Shown here piece after piece: positions 1-13,760 of a stretch of 64,000 nt of DNA. The DNA lies in the NCBI GenBank assembly GCA_012295275.1, contig CM022668.1, positions 2,852,001 to 2,916,000 on the forward strand. Direction: 5' to 3'. This DNA is from Chrysomallon squamiferum. Lineage: Eukaryota; Animalia; Mollusca. The notes beneath the pieces were generated by a model that did no database searches, was not told the origin of the DNA, and saw only the letters and a program-made list of their open reading frames with translations. The first letter of the stretch is position 1; every line of letters starts with the position of its first letter. The position numbers were made by a program, and so were the translations under genes.

Positions 1-649
1 GTATGTATGTGTGTATGTATGTATGTGTATGTATGTATGTATGTATGTGTGAATGTATGTATGTGTGTATGTAGGTGTGCATGTAGGTGTGCATGTAGGT
101 GTGCATGTCTTTGTTTATGTATTTGAATATATGTGTCTCCTGGTTCACTCTTGTTTACTAGCAACATAATATGTTTTACATGTACCTGTCTGTAAACAGG
201 AAAGAACAAATCATTGTCACCCACTCCTTGAAACCTGGGATTGGTCTCATACCAGTGTTTATTTATTTACAATTCTTTCATAGTAAACATAACAATAACA
301 ATAACAATAGTATTATTAATAATAGTAATAGTAATAATAATAATAGTAGTAGTAGTACTAGTAGTAGTAGTGGTGGTAGCAGCAATAATTAAAATTAAAA
401 AAACCTTAACATCTAAGTAAGATAATTTCCTGTCATTCTGTAACTTGCAATAAAAATCTTTTATGAATGTTGTAAACATTTATATTTGAATACTGTAGTA
501 AAAAGATTTATATTTATTTTTTAAAGTCAATATTTTTCAATAAAAAATTATTATTAAGCTAAGTACACACCAGAAAATGAACTTTAATTAACAATTTTTA
601 TTTATTATAAAACTAAGTTTATCTGTTACCCTAACTAGATATATAATTA

Positions 650-1090
650 CTTTGACCCAAGCAGGGCCTCACTGTTATTAAGCAATCAGAAACAAGCATT
701 CAGATTCAAAATGGACCAATCATTTAAATTTATTTTGATATTAATGGTAATTGGTCATTCATTTATATTATTTAATAAAGATATTAAAGATGAAATCTGC
801 AACAGACATTTAAGTGTCTAGCCAAACCGATTATTTGATAACCCAAACAAGGCCTCAAAATGACCTTAAGAAAAAAACATCTCTAATTACATCATCACCT
901 AAAATGGGCCTCGCAGTGATCAAACCATAATTTTTTTTAGGAGAAACCTATAAAAATACAAATTAACACGAAATGTTTCTACCACCCAAACAGGGCCTCA
1001 TAACTAAACCATCGAAACCTATAAAAGAAAACCAATTGAGACTAATTATTCCATCACCCACGCAGGGCCTCGTGATGATTGAGCCATCAA
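650..1090. repeat. Degenerate irregular tandem repeat with core ACCCAAACAGGGCCTC, 5 copies
   Basis: Cores at 655, 841, 897, 984 and 1056. Confidence 0.75.
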
Positions 1091-2243
1091 AGAGTGAGAA
1101 GAACCTATAGGTTTTTCATTACACACCTTCCCCCTCCAACATAAACGCCTGTCAATAAATTAGCCAGGTATACAGTCTATGATGTCGAGGGGATGGGGGA
1201 GGAAACAAAAAAAGAACACCTCATAAACTGGCCATACCACTTGTTAATAAACAGTTCAATTCTTAAAGGGGCACCCGCGCTATGATAGCGATCGCTACAT
1301 CACTGGAATGTTGGCACGGGGTAAGACTTTACGTTAAAGTAATTAACTTACGTTTTTTGTTGTTTTTTTCGTTTTTTAAGTGGGGAAATCTTTGTGGAAA
1401 TAGTTGATACATAACACGTGGCTAATATTCATACCTGCATGATGCAGGCAGTTAAAGTAATTTGCTGTATTGCACTGCCAGCGCTTAATTAATTAGGTTA
1501 TTGTATTACCAGGGAGAAGTAATTATGGCAAATTGCACATGACATGGTATAAGGTGGTAATTCTTTGGTTTAAAGTTATTGAGCTATTTTGTCTTTTTTT
1601 TTTTTTAAATATATTTAAAAGATGATGAAGAAAAATGAAGATGATGATGATGATGATGATGATGATGACAGTAATGATGATGTTAGATAATAATAGTAAG
1701 AAAAAAAGAAAGAAAGTTTCTTTTACACCTTTAATTCCAGTTACTGCAACAACAAAAATATAAAAAATATAAAAATAAAATAAAAAATAAAAAATAAAAA
1801 ATTGATAAAATAAAGTTTATAAAAGAAAAACAAAACAAAACAAAATCAAAAGTAAAAAAAATAATAAACATTTTTAGTTTTTTTCTCTTTTTTTTTTAAT
1901 TTTATTTCTTTTTATAGGACTCAAATGTATTTACTCTTTGTACAGAAGTTCAAAGGAAACAGATATAAATCTTCTTTGATTGCAATATTTTTGTGTTTTC
2001 TTTTTTATATTTTATTTATAGCAGAAATGTGTAATTTGAAACTGAAATAAAATGAAAAATAAAATAAAAAATAAAATAAGATAAAAAAATAAACACACAT
2101 GAAGTGTTTAAACAGAAAGATTACTTATAAAAGAATTTTACATTTATTTAAAAAATGTAAATTAACCAGTTTTTCTTTTAAAACATTGAAATTATTTTCT
2201 GTTTATTGATTTAGTTAGTTTTATCTTTCTTATACATTATTTT

Positions 2244-2274
<31 letters not shown>

Positions 2275-3124
2275 TTATTATTATTATTAATATTTTTGTT
2301 GTTAGTTTACATTTTTGTTGTTGTGTAATATTGGCTTAAATACAAGATATTTTCTTCTTTACTGAAACATTTTGTTTTATTATTTCTTCTTCTTCTTCTC
2401 CTAAGATTTCAATTAAACAAAGTTTTAATAACAAGAATTCAGTTTGTCTAAGTTTCCACCATCTTGAGTCCAACTGGGACAAAACATTTATTTATCAACA
2501 CTTTCAATATTTTTAATTTTTAATTTAATTTTTTAAAATTATTTTTATTCTTTTATTACTTTTATTATTTGTTATTTTATTATCTTTTTTATTATTTATT
2601 TATTATGTTTTCATTTTTTTAATTTAATTGTTTTTCTTTTACCTTATTATATTTTCTTTTATTTTATTCTTTTATTTTATTTATTTTAAATTTTAAATTT
2701 TATTTATTTATAGGGTTCAGAATATCTATCTATCTCATGTTTGGAAGCTCAGTAAAATAAAATTTGGAACTATAAACACATCTAACTAACAAACTGAAAA
2801 ACTCTTTTTCAAAATCAGTCAACCTATCAGCAGTATTAAAAACTAAAAAAAATAAAATTCAGTATCAACCAATTTTTCTATTACTCAAAAAATTCTTCAA
2901 ACACACCACACACAAATTTTCCTTTCAAAATCAACAGAGTTCTGTTTTCATTGACAGCTACGAGCTCTGATCGCCGGGGACAGAGGCTGTAGTAGCTGGT
3001 GTTTTAAAACATCTTCATGACAGATGTCTGTTTAGAAAGAAAACAGAAATAATTACAAGTTTGCAAGAAAAATAACCTAAGTGTTTGACCACCAGGCAGA
3101 GAAACAAACACCAAGTCCCTAGAC

Positions 3125-3218
3125 CACAGAGTTTGCTTCTTTGCGGTACTTCACGTGTTTTCACAGAACTCACAGAGTTTGGTTCTTTGCGGCACTTTCA
3201 CTTGTTTTCACAGAACTC
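3125..3218. repeat. ~46-bp tandem duplication
   Basis: cacagagtttg(c/g)ttctttgcgg(t/c)actt...tgttttcacagaact present twice. Confidence 0.9.
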
Positions 3219-3663
3219 CACTATTCTCCCTCCAGCTCTGAAGAGTCTTCGAAGATGATTGATACGATGTTGTGTGTGTGTAATTTGAGAGACATTAGAA
3301 AAACGCAGGACTAATTAATTTATTAGCAGCCATTTTTAGATCCTTACAAATACTTTGCTGCCATCTTTTATCTTGATGTTCAATTAAACCAGATTGAATT
3401 CGCCAGTTTTAAAAAACAAGTAAGGACTCACTCACCTCCCTCCCAGAACAGAATTCATTTATTTGTTAGGAGCTATTTTTAGATTAATACACATACTTTT
3501 CACACTTTTGTTTTATTTTTTATTTTTTAGAAGATAATCTTGTTTTTACCTCTTTTAATAATATTTATTTTACAAATATTCACACTATCTCTCACTCTTC
3601 CTTCCTTCCTTCTCCTTCTAATAGATATTCATCTCATTCATAGGAGCCTCTCTCATTATTATT

Positions 3664-3701
<38 letters not shown>

Positions 3702-3821
3702 GGTATGTATGTATGTATTTAAATAACAAATGTATGTATGTGTGTGTGTGTGTGTAACTGTGTATGTATGTATATATGTATATATGTATCTATATTTATG
3801 TATTTATCTATTTTTGCCACT

Positions 3822-3935
3822 GTCAGGACAGCACATACCAATACTTTAAAACAATTCATAAACTAGAATTGAAACTGGAAGAAAACTCAGTGATTCCTTC
3901 CAGGAGATTAGATCCTGTAAACCACTATACATAAA
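3822..3935 (-). mobile_element. Probable fragment of the same SINE-like family (head side)
   Basis: caggacagcacatacca continues the core. The downstream gaaactggaagaaaactcagtg...gatcctg resembles 25290-25345 and, inverted, 5120-5180. Confidence 0.4.
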
Positions 3936-4072
3936 GACAACATTTTCAGAGTTTCTGCCTACATCATCAACTGTAGGAACTAACTAAACAGAGCTTTTAA
4001 AATAGTTTTTTAAATACTGTTATTACTTGATGATGATGATGATGATTATAACAACAACAACAACAAATGATG

Positions 4073-4123
<51 letters not shown>

Positions 4124-4578
4124 CCTTTACAAATTCCTTAAATATTTGATAAAGAAAAGAAAGAAATGAATCCACTGTTTTATCTTGTCCTATAATAAAT
4201 AAACATGAAATAAAATAAAATAAAATAAAATAAAAATGAAATGAAATGATTTATCCTGTAACACAGTTGTCAGCAACAATTTTAATATACTCTCAGAAAA
4301 AACAAGATAAAAATGTAGTAAAAAGAATTTCTGAAAAAAAAAAAAAAAAAAAAAAAATGTAAGAAAAAGAAATTTAAAAGGAAAAAACAAAAGTTTCCCA
4401 GAAACAGACCAGAGACAGCAGAACCTGATTAAAATCGTCAAGCGGGAAAATTGTCCGAACCTGCAGCGTCCTGGTGATGTGTTTGTCAGAAATGTTCACC
4501 AGCGAAATAAAATTAATCTGCCAGAAACATGCGATTTAATTGAAAGTCTTAAACAGAAACCAGGTGACGAAACAGAAC

Positions 4579-4662
<84 letters not shown>

Positions 4663-5099
4663 AGGGAGGGAAGGAGGGAGAGAGACAGAGAGAGAGAGAG
4701 AGAAATAGAGAGAAAGAGAGAAAAAAGAATAAGACAAAGAAAGAGAGAAAGAGGGAGGGAGGGAGGGAGATAGAGAAACTGAAAAAAGAAAAAAAAAAGA
4801 TAAAGAGAAAAAATGAAAAAAGAGGATAGAAATCAACAAAGAAAGAGAAAAACTAAAAAGAAAAAAAATACTGAGAGATGGCAGAATTATGTTATGTTAT
4901 GTTATGTTATGTTATGTTATTGATTTACTTAGCTGTAAATATAAAATCTTTAACACTTTAAATAACAAACTTATGCCCAGGTTACTAGTTAATTAACACA
5001 AAACTGAACAGAATTTCAAAGAAATCACCTGTTACTTAACTTATACATAAACAAGTACTGCATAAATCAGACTTGTTACAGTTTTCACAAATTTAGCTG

Positions 5100-5217
5100 T
5101 TTCCTGGAGTGTGAGATATCACAGGATCAAAACTCTATACTGGACAAACTGCATTATGTTCCAATCTAAACAGTGCTCACTAATAATTTTATCAAAGATT
5201 TTAGAGTATGGTGCTTG
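5100..5217 (+). mobile_element. Probable fragment of the same SINE-like family
   Basis: caggatcaaaactc...cagtgctcac...atcaaag...gtatggtgct; inverted similarity to the 3822 and 25290 fragments. Confidence 0.35.
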
Positions 5218-5397
5218 TTATTTTTCTTCTTTTAACTGGTATAATAAAACCTTATAAAACCAGTGAAAATGTGTAAAAACAAACAAATAATAAATAAATA
5301 TTAATAATAATAAATGTACAAGATAATTATATTAACAGATCATCATTACTGTTTACCTGGTTATCATATTTATTTGCAAATTAGCATAATTTATATA

Positions 5398-5429
<32 letters not shown>

Positions 5430-6043
5430 CCTTACCTATCTAACCACAGATGTGTGTGTGTGTTCCAAATAGGAAAAAAAAAAAGTATCAATTTTATTTT
5501 TTAAATTAAATAATACACATCACCTGATCCTTCAATTTTTATTTTTTTAAATAAATAATAAAAAAAAGTCACTTGGTGCAGCTCTGTTGTTTCCATTAAC
5601 TCTGTTGTTCTGAGATGTTGTCTGTTTTGATGCTGTCTGTCAGTCATGTGACCTGACAGACAAAGGGTTAATATTCTGACCTGTGGGTCAAGACACAAAT
5701 AAAAATAAAGGATGGGCTTTTGAAAAACATGACTTTTCAAAATGAAAATAATTTTTTTTTAACTTTGGCTTGTTTATGTAAACACATCTGGTATTAAATT
5801 TCAGTGCACTGCCTTAGAATAATAATGATTATGATGATGATGATGATGATAATGGTAATGATAATGATGATTATGGCAATAATGATAATAATGATGTTGG
5901 TACTAATGGTGGTAATGATGATAATCATGAAGATGAATATAATGATGATAATGGGAATGGTGATGATAATAATGATGATGATTATAACAATGAAACTAAT
6001 GGATGCAGTAGCTCAATACTAATAACAGTGGTAAATTTATCAT

Positions 6044-6178
6044 AATTAACATAATTTATTACAAAAAAATCATTAATGATCAAATTAACATAATTTATTA
6101 CAAAGAATCATTAATGATCAAATTAACATAATTTATTACAAAGAATCATTAATGATCAAATTAACATAATTTATTAAC
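6044..6178. repeat. 38-bp minisatellite, ~3.5 copies
   Basis: Unit aattaacataatttattacaaagaatcattaatgatca. Confidence 0.9.
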
Positions 6179-7220
6179 AAAACTGATTAATTAATTAATG
6201 AATTAGAAATTTTCAATGACATCAAACACTAGTAATAAATAATCAAGAAACTGAAATGAAAACATTTTAAGTTCAAATGAAAACCAACACAACAGGTGAA
6301 AAAAAGAAGAAAAAAAGGTAAAACAGATTAAAAAAAAAAAAAGAGAGAAAAAAGATAGCTTCAACCAATTTAGAAGTAATTTAGAAGGTGTAACCCAAAA
6401 TGTTATCTCAAAAACCTGAGAAATTGAGGCAATTATGTCTGCAGGAAAAAAGAACAGAAAAAAAAAAAAAAAAACCCAGGGAAAAAAGAAAAAAAAAAAA
6501 AAAAAAGATTTGAAAAAGAAGAAGAAAAAAAGAAGATATAAAAAAGAAGAGAAAAAAAGAAGAGAAAAGAACATGATAAAAAAAGATACTGAACCATCTC
6601 AAGATATTTTTTATCTTGTTTGTGTTAGAGATAAATAAATAAAAAAAAATAAAAATAAATAAAATAAAAATTAATAAATAAATAAATTTAAATAAAGGTA
6701 AAAAAAAAAAAAAAAATAAAAAAAAAAATAAAAATACAATTAAGAAAGGTAGAAACAGAAAAGAACAAAAAGAGAATGGAGAAAGAGAGAAAAGAAAAGA
6801 AAGTATAAAATATATGAAAAAATATAAATAAAAGCAAAGTAAATAAATAAATAAAAAAAGTAAAATAAAAAATATAATGAAAAAAAAAATAAAAAAAACT
6901 AACAAACAGATAAAAAAAGAAAACAAATTTTTTTTTTTTTTAGGATACTGTTTCATATATTTACAATGATACTAAAGACAGAAGTGACTTGTATGTAAGA
7001 AAATGACAGACAGTTACAGATAGATAGACAGACAGACAGACAGATAGACAGATTAAAAAAAAAAAGTGAAAGAAAAGACAAGGAGTAAGATAGTAGGTAT
7101 GGGGGGAAACAAACTGGAAATGGAGAAGTATTTGAAAGAAAGATAAGGAGAGAAATAAAGGAGAGAGAGAGAGAAAAAATATTTTGTAATAAAAATATCA
7201 CAAAAAAAAAAAAAAAAAAA

Positions 7221-7298
7221 AAAAAATTATACTGTATTCTAAAAAACTAAAAACATTTAACTATGTTTTTGGTGTTTTAGAATACAGTATAATTTTTT
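7221..7298. repeat. Near-perfect 78-bp palindrome, possible mini-MITE
   Basis: 36-bp arms (7221-7256 and 7263-7298) with 34 Watson-Crick pairs, one T-G pair and one mismatch; 6-nt loop. Core is TA|CTGTATTCTAAAA...TTTTAGAATACAG|TA. Confidence 0.85.
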
Positions 7299-8085
7299 CA
7301 TTTGAACTATGACACTGATGTAAACAACTAAAGATAATTTTCCTTATTTACAATTAATAATAATAATTTAATAGTAAATAAATAAATAAATAAATATATA
7401 AATAAATAAATAGACCTACTGAATATTAAAAATCCCAGTAAACTAAGTACAAAACAGATACAAAACAAAAAACCAAAAAACCCCCCAGTATCAGACAAGC
7501 AAATAGAAACAAATATAGAAACAAATTTTTTAAAAATAACAACAGAAGAAAACAACGAAGATCAAAAATAATAAATAAATAAAAAAGAGAAAGGAAACTA
7601 AAAATAAAAATGGAAAGTTAGAAAACCAGATGAAAGGGGAAGACGCAGACACACAAAGGGGAGACTGCTAGAGACTGAAACAAAGATGGAAACACACACT
7701 TGTGTGGATGTAAAGAAAGGTGAAGGTCACATTGTCTGTGTAACAACTGAAACTGTTCTGAGATCCAAGACTGCATCTAACACAAACATCAAACAGACCA
7801 CAACAGTAAGAAACCTCTACAGAGCTTTCTCATACTGTGCTTCTTTGAGAGAGGGGGGAGGATGGGGGGAGACAGAGGCAGAAAGAAAGAATAAGAGATT
7901 GACAGAGAGAAAGAAAGAAAGGAAGAGAGGAGGGTGAGAAATTGAAATAGAAAGAAAGGGAAAGAAAGAGAAAAGAAAAAGATAAACAGAAAAAATATTA
8001 AAAATTAAAGTAAGATACAGCACCTGACAGAACAAAAGAAAAAACATGAAAGAAGGACAAAATATTTTAGTTCATACTGCTGTCA

Positions 8086-8145
8086 TTAAACAGCAGTAAG
8101 TGATATTTTATATGCACCTTTCCCCAAACAGGACAGTACATCTTC
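8086..8145 (-). mobile_element. Decayed SINE-like dispersed repeat (core fragment)
   Basis: cagcagtaagtgatattttatatgcacctttccccaaacaggacagtacat aligns by eye with copies at 30744, 37300, 51034, 54849 and, inverted, 36520-36580. Confidence 0.6.
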
Positions 8146-8199
8146 ACCAGTAACAAACCACTTATAGAGTACAGAAAACAATATTTAAAAAAAGAGTCA

Positions 8200-9010
8200 A
8201 GAAGATATTTTTATTTCATCTTAACATATCCTGTCAAATCTACTTCATATTTGTTATCCAGAATAATGTTAGTCCTAAATCAAATACTTAACTTTTTTAT
8301 CCGGTATACTGTAAAATGTACTTCATATTTTTTATCATAATTTAAATCAGCTACTTAACTTTTTTTTAATCCAGTATACTGTCACTGACTTACAAATGTT
8401 GAAATGTCAAGGTCGGTTACTTGTAGTGACTGCTTGCAAGCATGCAGAGAAAGGAATTCCTCTGACCTTAAACTGATCCGAAAATATTTCACTCACATGA
8501 AGATTTACTTTTGTCTTCAAGTATACTGAGCCTATTCTGAGAATGCAGTGTTATTTTTATCTGGAACTGCTGTCTCTGTGTTATTGCATGTATTGATTTA
8601 CATTTTTGTCTGTACGTTTTGTTACCGATTACTTTTTTCAAATCTGTTGCTTAACTTTTGTTGTTAAGTATACTATTTTACATCATGTTTATTTCATTAA
8701 CTTTTATAATTGACTACATTGTTTTAACATCTATAACTTTTGTTATGAAGTGTACTTTGCAAAGTTCATTCGTTAATTTTCATTATTTAGTATATGCTTT
8801 ACATCTACTTTAAATTTTGTTTTTAGTATACTTTTTATATCTACTATAACTTTTATTATCTAGTATACTCTATTAAAGTCTGTACTTTAACTTATCTTAT
8901 ATATATTTGCTATCTAGTATAATTTTTAAAATCTGTTCCTTAACTTTTACTATTTAGAGTACTCTATTGAAGTCTGTCCCTTAACTTTTGTTGTGTAGTA
9001 TAGTTTCTCA
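8200..9010. repeat. Old degenerate minisatellite (cttaacttttgttatctagtatact...)
   Basis: taactttt...agtatact motif recurring roughly every 40-60 bp. Confidence 0.65.
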
Positions 9011-9999
9011 GATATGTAGAACTTGAAATGCCAAGTTCTTTCTGAACTTTCACAGACTGTGACTGAATTCCTCTGACCTTTGAAACATCTTCGCAAGCTG
9101 TGAGCTAATCTTGTATTAATTCCCCACCGATACAGTACACTGTGTATTACACAGCAGTAACTTCAGTCAGTCTCTTAGTTACAGGAGACAAGTAGTTACT
9201 GGCAGGGGAAAGGAGATGCAGCTCCTAACTTGGGTAAAAGGAGAAACTGCTCCTGATAAGGTGAAGGGGGAATGAGAAACAAACTCCTTTGTCTATTTGT
9301 CTGTGTGTGTGTGTGTGTACATATGTATATATCTGTATGGTTTTATATGGATGGATGAATGTATGCATATATGTGTGCATGTGTGCATGAAAATGTGCAT
9401 TCTGCATGTCATATTCTCATCTCGTTTTAATTCATTTGTATTAACAAACATGCACATGCAGATGTATGAAATAATTGGATTTAACACACGAGTGTGCATA
9501 ACCACTTCATCAGTTCATCAAACAATAGTTTCAAATTTCAGAAATTTAAACAAACAGATGAATTAAATAGAGAATTACATGAATGAAGAATTCTATAGAC
9601 TGGTAAACACTGTTACAATAAACATGGACAGACAGAAGATTACACAAATGGACAGACAGAAAATTAAACAAATGGACAGACAGATGAACAGATGTTTTAA
9701 TAACAAGCACAGCTGAAAGATGTTTTCAGTGTCGTAAAACAAAACTTTTAATAAATCACACAGACAATAAAATTGATGGAAATAAAGATGTGTATAGTGT
9801 AGATAATTAATGCATATACAGACAGACACAATGACAGAAGATACAGATTATTAACTATATAACTAGTGTGTATGTGTGCATGAATACACACACACACATA
9901 CACACAAATTTAAACATGCATATAAGGGCACACACATTTTTTTTCTTCAAATAACTGGAAAAAGAAATATTATATAAACCCAAAAATGTTCACGTTTTA

Positions 10000-10682
10000 A
10001 GAAGATAAAAATATAAATAATTAAATAAGTAAAATTTGAAAAAAGAAAAAATATATAAATAAATAAATATGTAAAAATTAGAAAAATATAAAAATATAAA
10101 TAAATAAATATGTAAAAATTAGAAAAAGCATAAATATATAAATAAATAAATATGCAAAAATTAGAAAAAGATAAAAATATAAATATGTAAAAATTAGAAA
10201 AAGATAAAAATATAAATATGTAAAAATTAGAAAAAGCATAAAAATATAAATAAATAAATATGCATAAATATATAAATAAATAAATATGCAAAAATTAGAA
10301 AAAGCATAAATATATTAATAAATAAATATGCAAAATTAGAAAAAGACAAAAATATAAATAAATAAATATGCAAAAATTAGAAAAAGATAAAAATATAAAT
10401 AAATAAATATGCAAAAATTAGAAAAAGATAAACATATAAATAAATATATATGCAAAAATTAGAAAAAAGATAAAAATATAAATAAATAAATATGCAAAAA
10501 TTAGAAACATATAAAAATATAAATAAATAAATATGCAAAAATTATAAAAAGATAAACATATAAATAAATAAATATGCAAAAATTTTAAAAAATATAAAAA
10601 TATAAATAAATAAATATGCAAAATTTAGAAAAAGATAAAAATATAAATAAATAAATATGCAAAATTATAAAAAGGATAAAAA
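10000..10682. repeat. 41-bp AT-rich minisatellite, ~16 copies
   Basis: Unit aaaaagataaaaatataaataaataaatatgcaaaaattag. Confidence 0.95.
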
Positions 10683-11534
10683 TTACTGTAAATGTAATAC
10701 TGTAAGACACATATCAACAAAAAAAAAAAAAAAAAAATAAAAAAAAAATAAAAAGATAAAAATTTAAAAACCAGGAAAAAAAAAAAAATTATCTGGAAAG
10801 GTACAGTTTTTATAAAGGTAAAAATAAATATTGTTACAGTCACTCCTGAAAATTAGATTAAAAAATATATATTTAGAAAAAGAACAAAAATTTATGTGAA
10901 GATTAAAAAGTTGAAATGCTCATTTATAAGATAAACAGTTCATAATATGGAATGTACAGCAATAGAGATAAGCTTAGTGATAAAACACAAAAATAAGCTT
11001 GATGGAACATATGAGGTTAGTAAATAAAAAGTAATATAGCCTGTAATGTGATGATTATAACTTACTAAAGTATAAAATTTAAAAAATAATGTATGGAAAT
11101 AAGGTTTATGGAAGTATAAAGTTTAAAACATAACTTAAGAAAAAATAAAGCTTAAAATATAAAATATGGAAAATACACAGATTAAAAATAAAAAATATAC
11201 AGGTAAAATTATATATTTCCTTTTATTTCTGTGAAATAGCTCCTAAACCTTACAACATTCAAACATCCTCTGAAAACTACTGTAATCAGCAAAGACTTGA
11301 GAGAACTCTTCCAGCAAATATTAATCATTCTAAATCACATTCCTGCCAGTTCTAAAGTGCAAAAGAAGTTTTAAAGTCACTGCAATCATAATTCAGACAC
11401 AGAACTCAGTGAATTATTCTGCAAGCAGATTACTGAAAGAATTGTTTATTTGTACAGGTTAGCTTAATTGCTGCGAATTAGTAAAATAAACTCTGATTGA
11501 ACAGCTGTGACCAAACCTCTTTGTAATCTGAAAT

Positions 11535-11593
11535 CTGATTGGTCGAGGTGAAGATAACCAGGAATTTGATTGACAGCTCAAGATGGCTTCCTG
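11535..11593 (+). promoter_or_regulatory. CCAAT box + PBX/PREP decamer + YY1-like + ETS-core cluster
   Basis: CTGATTGG at 11535-11542, TGATTGACAG at 11567-11576, CAAGATGGC at 11579-11587, CTTCCTG immediately after. Confidence 0.45.
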
Positions 11594-11843
11594 TTCCTGG
11601 TTGAGATGAAGTAGATGGACTGTGTGACAGTTGTTACTGACGTTTTGTTTTCCTTTGTAACTTGTTGATGCGTCCACAGCAAAAGTGATGTATGCCTGTG
11701 TCTGTCTGTATGTCTGTGTGGGTTTATGTGTCAGTATGTGTGCGTGTGTGTGTGTCTGTTTTTTTATATGTATGTTTGTTTGAATTGAATGTATATGTGT
11801 TTCTATGCTTATGTATATATTATAACATTTATTTAGCACCTTT

Positions 11844-11876
<33 letters not shown>

Positions 11877-12563
11877 ATGTGTGTGTATATGTGAGTATAC
11901 ACACATTTTTGTATATGTATATGTTTATGTTTATATGTGTGTTTGTGTATGTCTGTCTGTATATTTATATGTGTGTATTTTTGGATGAGGTATAAAAGTA
12001 TATACTTGCAGATAAGTATGTTTGAATTCATATGTATGTGTGCTTGTGTTTATAAATATTAACATACATGCATTTTTGTGGGTTTGAATGCTTGTGTGTA
12101 TGAGTGTGTGTGTGTGTGTGTTTACAAATGTATGTATACTTGCAATATGCAAAATAAATACATCATATAAAAATATTTAAACTGTAAATATGAGCTTATG
12201 AATCTGTGTACATGAGAGAAAGAGGGAGACAGACAGACAGACAGAGAGAGAGAGACAGAGCAATAGAGACGGAGAGAGAGAGAGAAAGAGAGACAAAAGA
12301 AAAAGAGACAGAAAAAGATAAACAGAATTCCTCTCCATTAGTGGACACATTTTAAAAGTGTTTCAGACATTAAGAGATGATACTAAAGGCACATCAAAGT
12401 CAGGAAGTGAGATAATTTCTCACATCATCAAATCATCTCACATGTTTGAGTACATCAGCACTCGACAAGTTTATCAAGTGATAACAGCCACACCACTCAT
12501 CTTAACTTGAATCACAGACGTCTGCTGACTGACAAGTCTCTTCAGGAAAATAGTATTTTATGA

Positions 12564-13127
<564 letters not shown>

Positions 13128-13269
13128 GTATTTTTGTTCTCTTTTATCTATTGATGTACACGCAGGTAATATCATCTGTAATATTTAAAACTGCATTCAA
13201 GCAAATTTAATTTAGATATAAATATTTAATAACTGAATGTACATACATCTGAATGAAGGGGATGCTTTT

Positions 13270-13760
13270 GATACAGCATCAGAGTATAAAACCTAAATGA
13301 TTAATTTCATCATGCAGATGGAAGCACTTAAGATAGAAATTTTAGATAAATATATTTTAATTATAGGTGGGGGTGTATATATTGCATTATCTGTCATTAA
13401 AATCAAAATTATCGAGCTTACCACATACAGAGAGATATAAGTACTTAAGATAAAACGTTAGCTATAATTTAATATTAAATGGATGGGTATTGGTCGTATG
13501 TATCACCTAATGTTTGATTAAAACTTAAAAGTTATCAATTCTGTGACGTAAATTAGACATAGGTACTTAAGATAAAAAAAAATCAAATATATTTTAATAT
13601 GAAATGGGTGCGTTATTACTTTGTATTAGATAATCAGGATTTAAAACTTTTAACTTTTGATTTTATCATCTCTAAAAATAGGTACTTAAAACATGAGATA
13701 TTATTTAATATGAAATGCGTATGCATTATTACTGTAAACTGCACAGTCTGCAATTAAAAT
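13270..13760 (+). repeat. Diverged ~118-bp tandem repeat, ~4 copies
   Basis: g(c/t)acttaa(g)a anchors near 13324, 13441, 13563 and 13682, each followed by ...aatatgaaatgggtg-like sequence. Confidence 0.75.

Noticed and set aside
3238-3256. Minimal hammerhead ribozyme (CTGAAGAG-TCTT-CGAAG)
   Set aside because: GAAG replaces the invariant GAAA, and stems I and III cannot be formed.
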